Assembly: GCF_018350175.1 (NCBI RefSeq)
Contig: NC_058368.1
Coordinates: 66,900,001 to 66,964,000 of the forward strand
Origin: Felis catus
Taxonomy: Eukaryota
DNA length: 64,000 bases
Direction of reading: 5' to 3'
Shown here: piece after piece, positions 25,364 through 38,309 of the stretch
How positions within the stretch are numbered: position 1 is the stretch's first letter
Layout of the letters: the number at the start of each line of letters is the position of its first letter
Made by a program: the position numbers and the translations under genes
The notes under the pieces: model-generated
The model's database searches: none
What the model was told of the DNA's origin: nothing
What the model saw: the letters and a program-made list of their open reading frames with translations, nothing else

Positions 25364-26589
25364 GATTTTTTGTTGTTACATGGTTCTTGATTTATGTATT
25401 TTCCCCCCTGCTTGTTACTAGACTATAATTTTTTGAATTCCCACACCTGTATCCCTGTACCCCTGAAGAAACCCCATCAGAAAATTTAACAATGCTCGTT
25501 TTGAGACAATTGAGGGCTGCATGTGTTTTCTCAAAGCTTGATAAACCTTTAGAAGTTGTTGGACAGAATGGGGAGGCCCTATCCAGACCAAGTGAATCAG
25601 GATTCCTGCTGAGGATTGCGCGGTCACAAACTCCTTCCCCAGGGGACATTTACACATGCTAAAGTTTGACCTCAACTGATTGAGAGTTTAGATAAAATTC
25701 TGTGAAATAATGGATGTGGATCTGCTTGGTACCGGTTTGCTCCTTAATGGGCAATTCTTTTAAAAAATGCTACGCAAAAAATTCCATATATATGATCAAT
25801 ATCAAACTCAGATAACCTACCTTTAAAAACGGCACAACACACCCGGGGAGACCAGAAAGTAAGGTCACCTGATGCACATTCATGTAGGGTTCCTGTGGAT
25901 CTGCAGCGAGTATATTTGCTAACTCACAGCAGCATGCTGTTTAGTCAATAATTAGCAGCCTGTTAGGAATCCTATAATCGCAGCACACAATTGTGACAGT
26001 ATTCAATGCTCATTATGTGTTAGAACATTTATCCCACTCACCTTTTCTCATCGATGTATCCGAGAGAAGGCAGTTTTAACAAAAAGCCGATCTTACAGAC
26101 TTGAACAAACAGTTGAACAGTTCAGAGTGAAGATGAATAATTTCAGCCTCTGGATCCTGAAAAACTGGAAGGTGAGCTCTCCAAGATGAAATAATTAATG
26201 ATTTTTGGAGGAGCCCATTGCAAAGATACCCAAATATTGCAAAACATGCCATCTGTGTTCTTCTTCCCTTTGCTACAACACCCTCTGTGCTCCAACAAAA
26301 ATAAAATAAATGAATAGACTTGATGTTGCACCTGATACGAAGTTCTGACTCAGCCCCATTGTTCCAAATGTTAATACCTGATAAAGAGACATAAAATAGA
26401 GTTCATTAAAAGTCTATTCAGTATAGTATAATACAAAGTATAAACTGAAAGACGTTTATTTTATTCTTTACGTGGTTTGTCATATTGTGGTTCAATAGTA
26501 TAAAGTTGCATTTGTGTAAGTTATTGTCAGTAATGGCGTATATTAAAGGCACATAAACTTTCAATAATAAAAAGAAGATCCAGTAGAAC

Positions 26590-27615
26590 TTGAACAAAAG
26601 ATTTGAATAGACCTCTCACCAAAGAAATAAAGAGAGGCAAACGTGTTCAACATCGCTAGCCAGGAAAGACATGTGAACTAAGACCAAATGAGATACTACT
26701 ATGTACCCATTAGAATGGCGAAAAAAAAGTTTTTTAAATTGACTTTATTATATGCTAGACCTCAAGTCTGGACTTGTATTAAAAAATGCCTGACGTTACT
26801 AGGTGTTGGTGAGGATGTGGGGAAGTTGGAATTCTCATTCACTGCTTAACACGACAGATCTGCAGGCCAGAAGTCCAATGTCAAGGTACAGGCAGGACGG
26901 CTCTCCCTCGGGAGGCTCTGGCAGAGAATCCTTCATCTTCCAGCTTCTGGTGGCTTCCAGCTTCTGGTGTTCCCTGGCTTGTGGCTGCCTCTCTCTTGTT
27001 GCTCTCCTCCACAGGTCTAACTCTAAACGGCCCCCCCCCCGCCCCTCCCTTATGAAGACATAGGAGTTGGCCCTCAGGGCCCATCCACATAACCCAGGAC
27101 AAAGCCCTCCTCTTGATCCTTAACCCGATCACATCTTTTGCCACACGAAGTAATTTTCACAGGTTCTTGAGCCCACTACACAACCCAAATATCCATCAAC
27201 TGGCGAATGGAGAAACAGATGGTGATATATACGTGCCATGGAATATCACCCAGCCATAAGAAAGAACTAACTCTTGATAAATGCCATCACCTGGATGCAT
27301 TTCAAAAGCACTCCGCTAAGTGAACAAAGCCAGATTCAAAAGGCTATAAACGGTACGCTTCCATTTATCTGATATTCTGCAAAAGGCAACGCTGTAGGGA
27401 TTGAAACCTGATCAGTGGTTGCCAAGAGCTGGAGGCGTATGAAGGGGCTTGACTTCCAAGGGACACAGAGAACTTTCAGGGGTGATGGACACGTTACATA
27501 TATTGCTTATGGTGCTGGTTATGTGACTACACACATTTCAAAATTCATGAAACTGTGCATTTAAAATGGGTGAATTTTATGTTATATAAAGTTGACCTCA
27601 ATAAACCCACTTTTA
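26590..27615 (+). mobile_element. Old L1M 3' region interrupted by an MLT1 LTR fragment (~26845-27180)
   Basis: atgagatactactatgtacccattagaatggc; ttggtgaggatgtgg; gaaactgtgcatttaaaatgggtgaatttta. Inner segment ggccagaagtccaatgtcaagg...gcccactaca. Confidence 0.75.
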
Positions 27616-28689
27616 AAAGGCCTATCCGTGAAATTTTGATAATTTCTGGTGTTTAATCTGTGATTTTTTTGAGCTCCCGATAATGTTCTGACAGTGTGTT
27701 ATAATTTTTCATGTTGTTCTGCAGTTTTGTTTTGTTTTTCAAGTCTGGAAAATTTCCTTCCCTCCTCCAGTGTCTCCTCCTTAGAAAACATTATTGGCCA
27801 CTGTGACGAAGGTAAGTAAGAAGTATTCTATACCAAGATCACATCTCTCAAGTGACACAGAAACCCTCTGTTTCTGGAATGTCTTGTAACTCCCCCAGTC
27901 CTGGGCATTTCTTCTCCAGACACCACGTCCATCTGGTTAATTTATGGGCCCTCCTCTCTCTCCATCTAGATCCCTACTCCACAGTGACACCAAAATTACC
28001 TTCCCAAGAACCAAATCTGGTCATGTAATTTTTAGGCTTAAGAATAATTTTTGCTCTCTTTCCCCCTGTAAAGTAAATCCATATGCTATGCCAGTTAGAA
28101 CTCTTAATAATAACCTCTTAGATTCATCTTCCAACCTTATCATCCGCCACCTTCCATAACGTACCCTCTGTGCTTCTGGCGTCTGAACCTCTTACTCTTG
28201 TATACACTGCATTTCATATTTCCGTATTTTTGCTTATATTCTTTCTGGTTCCCCATATTTCGTCCCGGCCGCTCACCTCATCAGAAGCTGACTGGCTTGG
28301 GCCTCAGGCCACTACCCATCTCTGAACCAATCATTGTGGCAAAGGGATGAGGGTCCTCTGATGGTTTGTACCAGCGACTGTCAATGCCACTGCACGTGAG
28401 CGTCACCCCACACTCCAGGGATTGCCATCCAGTTGCTATTGGAGTTTCTGGGCGTCAGAGATCCTTCCCAGGAGATTCTAATGTATAGCCAGGCTTGTGA
28501 ACCACTGTTTGGGCCAACCCAAAACAGTTATAAGAGGCTGCCACTCATCGGGGCAGGTGTGGCTGGATACCCAGAGGGTAGCCACGATGCCACCTACCAG
28601 CAGCACACTGAGTTGCACGGCTGTGCTCTGTTGATGTGGCAAATGCCTCCTGAGGAGTGCTACCCTGAATTCGGTAACACTTTAAAATA

Positions 28690-28899
28690 ATTTTTTTAAC
28701 GTTTATTCATTTTTGAGAGACAGAGACAGGGCTTGAGCAGGGGAGGGGCAGAGAGAGACGGAAACAGGGAATCTGAAGCAGGCTCCAGGCTCTTAGCTGT
28801 CAGCACAGAGCCCGATGCGGGGATCAAACCCACGAAACCGCGAGATCACGACCTGAGCTACAGTCCAACACTTAACCCACGGAGCCAGCCAGGTGCCCC
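28690..28899 (-). mobile_element. Feline Can-SINE
   Basis: Typical body with TSD TAAAATAATTT. Confidence 0.93.
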
Positions 28900-29191
28900 T
28901 AAAATAATTTATTAGTCTGAACCCCTCCATAAATTTGAAAACAGCACTGACTATTTTCTGGACATTCATTTGGTTTCATTTACAGGTAATGTTTGGTGAG
29001 CATATGCATCCGGGCATTACCTGTCAACAGTTCCTGTGGCCTTTGTCCATTGGGTGGGAACCCCTACCTTCATGCACCAGATGCCAGCTTTCATAGGCCT
29101 CCTGTAGGGATAAGGGACCTGACGGTCAAGGTAGGTATATAGGTCATCAATAGAGATGAAGAGGACTAGGCACTTCCCCTGCCCTCCCCGC

Positions 29192-29238
<47 letters not shown>
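29192..29238. repeat. (CA)n microsatellite next to the CpG island
   Basis: About 23 CA units. Confidence 0.98.
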
Positions 29239-29240
<2 letters not shown>

Positions 29241-29439
29241 GTGAAGTAGGAAAGGCAGCTCGGGAGCCCACCTACAGCGCAAAGGTGAGGAGTGGAGAGC
29301 TAGGTGAACCAACTGGGCATCATCACACCCACTTTTGTTTAAACTATTTCCCAGTCTGCCCGCCCCCTCACTTCATTCTTTCTTTTCTTATGGCACTAAG
29401 GGAACTAAGAATGCAGTTTCCTCAAAAAACGTTCTAGAA

Positions 29440-30310
29440 AAGCCCATCCCCAGCGCGCCCCTGACTAGGTGGCTATCGCAAGGCAGTGATGGCGGTGCGT
29501 CTACACAGCCTTTCTTGGGACCCCTTAGCGGCCTCCCTTTGGCCCCAGCCGCGGGAGGGCCTCCCCCCCCACCCCGCCCCACCCCGCCCCGCGCCGCGCC
29601 ACGCCACGCCGCCTTCCCACCGGCGGAGGACCCCCTGCGGGGGATCCCGGAAAAGCCCTCGAGCAGCCCCGGACCTCCCCGTGGGAACGCGCCCGCGGCC
29701 GCCCTCCCCCGGGGGCCCGTGCCGCGCCCCTCCCCGCCCCCGGGGCCCGGAGGCGCGGCCTGTGATCGAGTTCCAGGCAGCAGGCGGGCTCCCGGGCCGG
29801 GCGGGCAGGCGGGCTCCCGGGCCGGGCGGGCGCCTGTGATCTGCGGCCAGGGAGCGCGCGCGCCGAGCGTCCCTGGGCGCCCGCCTGTGATCGGCCGCCA
29901 GACGCGGCTCCGGGCCCGCGCCCGATGCTCCCGCCCGAGGTGGCCCCGGACAAAGGGACCCCGGCGCCGTGCTCAGGCCGCCGGCCACGGTGTGCCGCGG
30001 CTCCCCGGAGGCCTCGTGCGCCCACCTGCGCCACGACATTGGCCACGTCCGGCGAGGGCCCCCCCTCCCCTCCCCAACCTTCGCAGCAGGGATCCCTACT
30101 GTCCGCTCAACGTCCGGACAGAGCGAGGGGGGAGGGGGACACCCAACCCCAAGCCACACAACACCACACAACACGGCCCTTGGCTGCTTGTCACGTGCGC
30201 GAGAAAAGAGAAAAAGGTGGCTTCGTGCCTCCTTGCGGTCAGCAGTGCCTCTGCTTTCCCGGGCCGGGGACCAGTTGGAGGAAGACCTCTCCGGCGTGGT
30301 ATTCTAGTTA
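29440..30310. promoter_or_regulatory. CpG island with no adjacent coding first exon in the window
   Basis: About 870 bp of very GC- and CpG-dense sequence in a CpG-depleted background. GC boxes CCCCGCCCC at 29572, 29582 and 29732; inverted CCAAT at 30038; GTCACGTG at 30190. Confidence 0.9.
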
Positions 30311-33300
30311 GCGCAGGGTGATTCTCAGAACAGGTGTGAATCGTATAGCAAGAAAGAAACATTTCTCCCATAAACGACTCCCTGTGCAATCTCAAAGCAG
30401 ACAAAAAGCCTCACATTAGCATAGGTTGTGCAAAGCCACCTGTTCAAATAACTCAGGCAAATAGAGAAAAACAGCCTCGGAAGAAGAAAAGAACACAAAC
30501 CAGTGCAAATACTTGAACACAAGTCTAAGGATTAAGCTTCCTCGGAGTAACAGGCAGGAATGGGGAGAGGAGTTTCCCATTTGTAACACAAACTTGCAGG
30601 AGTTATTTTTAGCAGCCTATTTGATCCCATTAGATGGGGAGATAGCTTTCACAGCCTTGTCAAAATAAAAATAGGGGAGGAAAATCCAGTCTGCTCTAAT
30701 CCAGCAAGCGTTTAGGTGTGGAACTCGTGATTTCAGGCAATGGGTGAGCAGATATGATATTGTTACCAAATCATAGCTAGGCCCTGGAGAGACTGCATGT
30801 AGGGTTGTTACTGCCTGCTTACCTCCCAAGAAAACAAAAACACGATTTCATCAGCATTAATTTTCAACATTTTTGAAATGTTATTTTTACATTTGTTGTG
30901 TGGCGTAAGAGAAAAGCGGGGGAAGGAGTGGAACACTGCAGGGAAAGGAGCCAAGAGAAACTCCATTTGGGGAGAGTGGGTGGGAGATCAAAGGTGGTGG
31001 TGGCAGAGCTGGGGGAGGACCAGGGCCCCGCACTGTGGGAACAGAGCCCATTGATGCAATGGAAACACGGGCAAACAGGGGCCAGAACCACCCTTAGACC
31101 GGGCAAAAGGCGTCTGGTGCTGACATGGACAGTCCCCATGGGATGAAGCGTCTTGAGAGCCAAGGGGACACAGCCACCCAGGGTCCGTTCCCTCCGGACC
31201 TTGCTACCCGGGTGTGGTCCACAAGCCAGCAGCCTCAGCATCACCCGGAAGCGTGTGCAATGCAGGCTCTGCTGTCTGATCTAGAGCATGTTAGCAAGAT
31301 TCCCAAGTGGATTTTACACACATTAAAGATCCAGAAGCACCGGTCTAGACCACTCAGGGCAGCCAGGATGCTGGAATGGCCCCACCCCCAATGGCTCTGG
31401 CCCACTTGAAAGAGGCCCTGCACGTCCCTGTTGCCGGCGTCCATCCTTGAAAGGGTTACATCATCAGACAGCACTGGTGTGAGCGTAGCCCTGGGCCTGG
31501 GAGGCCTATTGGCCAGGGGAGGGATGGGTGGGCAGAATTGCCTGTGCCATCTGGGGTGTCCTCACTTGTGCAGATGAGGCTTTCCCAGGTGTGGGCTGTG
31601 GGCATGGGCCAGCTCTCCCCACTTCCACATTTCAGCCCAGAACTCTGAGAACCCAAGAATTCTAAATGTGAATGAGGCCTTCCAGGTGGTTCTGAAGGAT
31701 TATCAAGGTGGAAGGACAAAACATTTTATTGAACGTTTTGTTGGTGCGATTGTAGCCTTACCTATCTAGACATGAGATATGTGGGCCTCCATTTGTTCTC
31801 TTGCTCTGGGCTGGAAAATAGTAGGAATGGGTCCTGCCAGGAGTAGACACTTTCTACATTAAGGCAGAAAAAAAAAAAAACACAGAGAAATGATTGATAT
31901 AAATAGCACACTTAGTATATAAATACACATCTCCAATCAGTGATCTAAAAGTTTGAACTACATCTGAATTTTTTTGATGTTGAGATGCAGGTGACAGTTG
32001 TTTGCCTGAAACAAGGTTCAACTTGTTTAACTAGTACTCAGTATGAAAGCCATTCATTCTTTCACCTGACACTGATTATTCTAGTATGGTCCAGAAGCCA
32101 TGTGTAGCCAGGCTCTGATAAAAGAGGATTGCTGCCCTCAAAAACTCCCTTGGCACCTTAGGGAGGCAAAGACCTCCCTTTACTAAGCAAGCCTGGTTTC
32201 TCATGTTCCTTCTCCCCAAAATGATGAACTCGAACTCAAATCCTACAAGATCCTTGAACCAACTTTGACCCAGAGTGGATGTGAGGGATAAGTCAGCTTA
32301 ATAGGCAAGACCGGCAGGTAGGTGGTGGTCCAATCCGGCTACACACAGTGAAGCCGAATTCAATTGCTTATGTGTTATATAGGATGTTGGCAGTTCCCTC
32401 ATTGTGTTTGACATTATGCAACATGATTGTTGAAATATCTTTATTGATGAAGTTTCTGTCATGTTTCCTAAGGATGAGCCCTTCCCTTCCAGGTGAGTCA
32501 CAAACACCACTTCCTCAAAATCATGTGTGCTATATCCATTGCTTCTTCTGTTAGGGAGAAAGCAATATGGTCAACTCACCTTAAAGTATTCGTGACTTCA
32601 CATTTAACACCTTCACTAGAATACAGGATCTCATTTTTTAAAAGGACCTCAAAGAAAGAGCACAAGGTATCCATACAAATGAGTCACCGATGATGGCCCT
32701 TCAAGCATCAGTGGAAAACATCTTTTGGGTGGAGGATTTTCCCAGGGCTCCTTCAATCCCAGTACATGGGTGGGCACCTGGTCTACCTTCTCAAAAACCT
32801 AGCTTTGAAGGCAGGCTCCAGGCACTGATGAAATCAATATGGTGATATCTTTGTTAGGTAAGGGGTGGCTACTGCTGACTTCAATACAGAACTAGTTCTC
32901 AAAAAGGCTGTACTATCTCTATCCAAAGATCAATCGTCAGGAAACTCTTTAAGCTGGAATCATGTTCTACTTAGTGGGAGAGGGAACAAAGCTGAGAAAG
33001 CAATGAAGAGAACCCAAAGCTACCTACAGACAGGTAACCTGTCCTTCTTCATTGACGGCACTTGTTGATGTCCAGCCACGGACCTTATGGCTGAGCTGGC
33101 TTGTTGATACAGTCTACTTACCCATCCTCTCCCCTGGAGCCCCCCTGCTTGAGAAAGACTTGAAAGTCCAAATTCCACCAAAACAAGTCATTGTCTTAGG
33201 TTCCTAGTCATCGTCCGCATTTTTGCCCTGAAACATATAAATCAAAAGCTCGAACATTATTGCAATATGGGGAAACGCCAAGTTTCTTGGGGAAGTTTGC

Positions 33301-35129
33301 CTAAACATTTCTCTTTGACCGATAATTTGATTTTAGGTGCCTCCCCAAAAGACATGTGGTAGCAAATTTAGACCCATTGTGTAATTCAGAAGCCAAAATG
33401 TCAGTAAAACCTAGATGTGAAACATGGCAGACCATTATTTTTGCCGTTTGGATGTTGCATTGACAAAATAAGTTGAGTTTATCACCGTTAACTTGGTTTT
33501 CTCTTTACCCCTTTCATGGTGACATTTATGTCTTTATAAAAAAGACTTCATGGTTTTAGAAATGGATGGCTATCTGTCCTAAAAGTGTCGCTCAAAAATT
33601 GTTTTCCAATGCAAATGAAGTCTAGTACTCACGTGACCTGTACTTTTATGGGAATACATTGGAATTTTCAAACTGGCCAGATGTTGCTAGAGAAGAACAC
33701 CGGAAAGATATGTAGACCATGGTACAAAATGTTTCTAAGGAACCCGTACAACTCATGAGCTAACGGAGTATCCGATGTAAAGATATTGAAGCTAGGAGCA
33801 TCTGTGTGGACAGTAAGACATTATTCATAAATAAAATATAAACTCGCTATCCTAACTGTAAGAGGCATTAAGGCTTCTCTTTACAGAATTTCTGTACCTT
33901 AGAATTAACCCATATTGAGGGTAATTTGGAGGATAAAAATAAAAAATGAAAATAAAAATCAGCGATAATAAACCAGTCAGAAATATCTATTGTTAACATT
34001 TTGATTATTTGATTTCAGTTTTATTTTTAATTTCAGAGTTTTAAAGATACAAATGTGCTTCACAAAAGTGTTATCAATTAGATAATGTTTTTCATTTCAT
34101 ATTAAATAACGAGTATTTACTGATACCATTAAATTATCTTTGGAAAGACTATTTTATTGAAGAAAAACTATAAATATTTAGTAAGAGAAATCAAATTTCC
34201 ATTGGACTGTAAAGTGACCAGAGATGTTCATCTGTTTTGTGAAATCAGACATCCTTATTTCTCAGCATGATTTCAAATTGCCAAAGTGAACTTTCTTGAA
34301 AATGGTTTTCTATTTGAAGGAAAGGAATTCTAGAGTGAATATCCTTCTCTTGTGTGCACGTGTGCTGGCTTTGGTTACTACATTTACCAGTAGCGTCAGC
34401 ATAGCAATGACATTTTCTTATCGAGTTCACTGGTGGCAGAATCAGATCAGTTAAACCAGATCTTCAAGAAAACTAACGAAAAGGAGTTAGTTTATTTTCA
34501 GATCAAGAAAATGCAGACCAGAATAAGCTTGACTGGTACAACTCCAGATAGAAATATCTACGTATCACAGGAGACAGAGAGCCTTCTGGAAAAAATGAAT
34601 TTACGCCAGGACACATGGTTTGGAATCATCCACAGTGCTTCTGTTGAATGGCAATGAAGAGCACTTTGTGTCGCAACTGTCCGTGCAGGTCCCGGGCACC
34701 CACTCCTAATTGCTCTTCTGTTATTGACAGAACGGCCACTCGGAACTCAGGGGGCAACCAGAGGCGGCCGCCCCCTCCAACAGTGGAGGGCATGACAGTC
34801 CTGGAAATTTGGCCCATCAGTGAGTCTGCCTTTGACATTACTGTATCCTTAAAACGTCACAGAATGCTGTATCCTGCCTACGTGAAAAATAATTTGGTTA
34901 GCGGGGGGGCACCTTGACTGCGGGGAAGGTGGGCTTTTGCTTCAAGCTGGATTGGATCCCCGCAGCTTGGACGGAGCTGTGCCAACCATGCTCACAAAAC
35001 TTAAATTATCTGGTGATTTTTATGGACCGCTTAGAGCCAACTCTTGCTTATCCGAATGTGGAGATTTCACTTTGTGGTTGAGCTGGGGGAAGGTTTTTTG
35101 TTTTTGTTTTGTTTTGTTGTTGTTGTGTT

Positions 35130-36310
35130 TTTAACTTTTTATTTTGAAAAAAAAAATATATCTACATAAAAGTTGCAGTAATAGTACAATGAATCCTGTG
35201 GAATTTCCAACTAGGTTAACTCACTTCACATTTTTAACTAATTTGCTTTCTCCCTTTCAAGAAAGATAGATACATAGACATATCATTTTGATCCAGGATG
35301 ATATAACATAAATATATAATACAGTATAATATAACATATATATAATCCTTTTTACTGAACCGTTTGAAAGTAAGTTACAGACCCCATAACCCTTTACTGC
35401 TAAATACATCAGTGTGTATTTCTTGAGAATAAGGACATTCTCTTAAGTAACCATGGTATGAATCAATTCAGGATATTTAATATTGATACGCTATTATCTA
35501 CTATGCAGTTCTCATTCCAGTTTTACCAATTATCGCAGTACTGTCCTTATTGAAACTTTTTTAAATCCAGGATCACACAATGCATTCAATTGTCATATCT
35601 TTGCAGTTTCCGCTTAATATGAAATACTTTCTCAACCTTTAATTGTCCTTTACATTTTTAGCATACAGGCCAGGGGCACCTGGCTGGCTCTGTCAGTGGA
35701 CCATGCAACTCTCGATCTCAGGGTTGTAAGTTCAAGCCCTGCGTTGGGTGTACAGATCACTTCAAAAAAATTAAAAAAAATAAAGAGCACAGGCCAGTTG
35801 TTTTGTCGAATGTCCTCAGTTTGGGTTTGTCTGTCTGTTGACTTGATTTAGGTTATACTTGTGTTTTCTTTTGTGGAGAGGCAGAAATACCACAGAAATG
35901 ATGCCTTGTCATCACTGCCTCACCCACCCAGAGACAAGGGTGTCACTTGGTCCATTCATTACTAGTAATGTTAACTCTGATCACTTGGTTAGGGTGGTGC
36001 CTGCCAGATTTTTCCACTTTAAAAAGATACAGTTCCTCCCTTGTGAACCAATTCATCTGGGAAGATATTTTCATTTCATGAAAATGCCCTACCCCTTTCC
36101 GCAAAAAAACCCATTCACCCTATATTCACTTATCAGCCAATGTTGGGCTTTGTCTGATTTCTGACAGTGATGGCTGCAACATGGCACTTTTTCTGTCCAT
36201 CCACCTACATCTATTAGTTGGTATTTCACTGCGAAAAAGAGCTTTCCCTTTTATCTACCTATCACCTATCTTATTAGAATCAGTTTGGACTCATGGACTT
36301 TTAAAAAGCC
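35130..36310 (-). mobile_element. Old L1MC-like 3' region
   Basis: aaaagttgcagtaatagtaca; aaatacatcagtgtgtatttcttgagaataaggacattctctta; tgatcacttggttagggtggtgcctgccaga. Confidence 0.75.
35673..35783 (+). mobile_element. Short tRNA-Lys-like carnivore SINE
   Basis: ggggcacctggctggctctgtcagtggaccatgcaactctcgatctcagggttgtaagttcaagccc, flanked by ACAGGCCA. Confidence 0.88.
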
Positions 36311-38309
36311 ATGGTGTTATAAAACTTAACTTTAAAAATCCTCAATCCTCTGTGGACTGTTCCTTTCTTATAGCACTCTTAACATGATATAAACTCTGTC
36401 TCACAGAGACTCATTTTAATTTTTGTCTAGGTAGCTTGCAAAATTTAATTTAAAAAATGTTTTTCACGTAATGCCCTCCAAAATTAAATACGATTAGCTT
36501 TTGGATCAAACACTGTTTTGGAATACCCAAAACTTCCATCTATTGGGATGGATAATTGAGTTGGCGAGTTTTAGGAGTATGCTTGCTGAATGAAAGACTG
36601 AACTTAGAACCATCCAACGTAAGCTTTCTGTAAAACATTCGTAGTGGATCTACGTCTTGATCTTGGTTCTTCTTAAAAAAATCTTACAATCCCAATGTTG
36701 ACCCCCAAGGCAAGTTAGATGGGCCAGGAGTATACATGGAGGTCTTATAGGGCTGGGACATGTTATTCCTTTTATTAATGTTATTTTTAAGTTCTAAAAT
36801 CAAATAAATCATATGTTTGTAACTGTTTTTCAACACAGACTGCTGTTTTAGTTTTTGGGGGGAAATGAGGTTATTTTCCTTAGCAACATTAGATTTCAAA
36901 AGCAAAAGCTCAGTTAATCCATATTCTGTTTTTGAAGAGAAATCAACAGCTTACACATAAAACCTTAAGTTCTTCAAAGGATTTTTCAAGTGGCCTGGTG
37001 TGTCCCCGGGTACCTTCTCCAAGACCATGCTGTAGATTCAAGGATATAGTGGGTATAAACACAAGCACAGTATTATTTTTTAAAGTATCTTTTTAGACTA
37101 AGGAAAAAACTCTTAGCTTTGAGCAAGAATTTTTTTTAACTTTTTAATGTTATTAAATATTCCAAATGTAAAATAGAACCTTTTGAAAGCCTAGGAGGTC
37201 AAATTTTAAACATAAATATCATGGAATAATTTTTGCATGATATGGTAACAATTAATAAAGAGGCCAATATTTATTGAGAGCTAACTACATATTCAGCATT
37301 GTTCTAAAGCAATGCTTCTCAGCTGTCTGGGATTAAGAATCAGTTTTACTAAAAAAAAAAAAGAAATCAGTTTTACTAATTTAAATTTCCAGTCCATCGC
37401 AAACGAATACAAGATTCTACTGCTCACAGCTAGTGTATAGCTCGGGTCACACACTCCTCAGCATGGAAGTTCACCAAATTGTTCTCTAGCCTGTTGGACA
37501 AGATTCCACAGATCCTGAGTTCGGATGTCATGGCGAAGTCAAATGGCTAAAGTGCTTCTAGTTTTCTTGAAATTCTTGGTTGCAAACAGTTCGTGGACTG
37601 GCACTAGTCCACAGACCACACACTGTGTCACAGTCATAGTTAAGCCTTTGCAAGAGCCCTCTGAGAAATGTACCATCCCCAATTTTATGAAGGAATTGAA
37701 GCATAGCATGTTGTTTCCTGACCATAAGATCCCACAACGAGCAGGCAGAACTCCTATCCAAACCCAGACCGCCAACGTGCAGACAAGACAGTATTTGAAC
37801 CTGGAAGACTGTCTCCAGAGCTTGTGCGGGTTTCCTTTCAATTACATGTGAAGTAAGAAGTTCGTTTTAGGCCATCAGATGAGGACCTCCTCAGATATAC
37901 CTTCTACATACAGTCTACAAACCTACCTTCATCCACACCTACCTTGCCCTCCTCTCTCGGTGGAAGAGGGGACCCTCTTCTTATACAAGGTCAATGAGTC
38001 CAGCCTGTTTCTTTGGATGCTCTTGGCCCAACAATCACCCCAACCCAAGCAACTATACATGGGCAGGAAACACATCCACTTTACAGATGAAGCAGCTGAG
38101 GTTCAGAGAGGCTGAGAAACCCAAGCATGTAAGTAAGGCCACCTGGCTACAGGGTGACCATATCCCATCTTTGTCAAGGATGGTGCTAATTTACTGCCCT
38201 AGCACCTTCTGTACCGGAGAACCAAAGTGCAACATGTATCAAAAAAGACTCCAGTACTTGACCTTCCCAAAGCAACTGTTAGGCTTTAAACAGTATAAAC
38301 TATGTTGGA

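Noticed and set aside
30038..30047. ATTGGCCACG as an ER-stress ERSE-II element
   Set aside because: The consensus needs one spacer base (ATTGG-N-CCACG); there is none here.
29335..30404. 328-aa, 233-aa, 173-aa and other overlapping ORFs
   Set aside because: Pro/Arg/Gly/Ala-rich and open in several frames on both strands, as expected from stop-codon scarcity in a CpG island. No recognisable domain.
34433..34917. 74- and 89-aa ORFs and a mildly CpG-rich patch
   Set aside because: No recognisable homology, and the CTCF-like half matches lack the 5' core.
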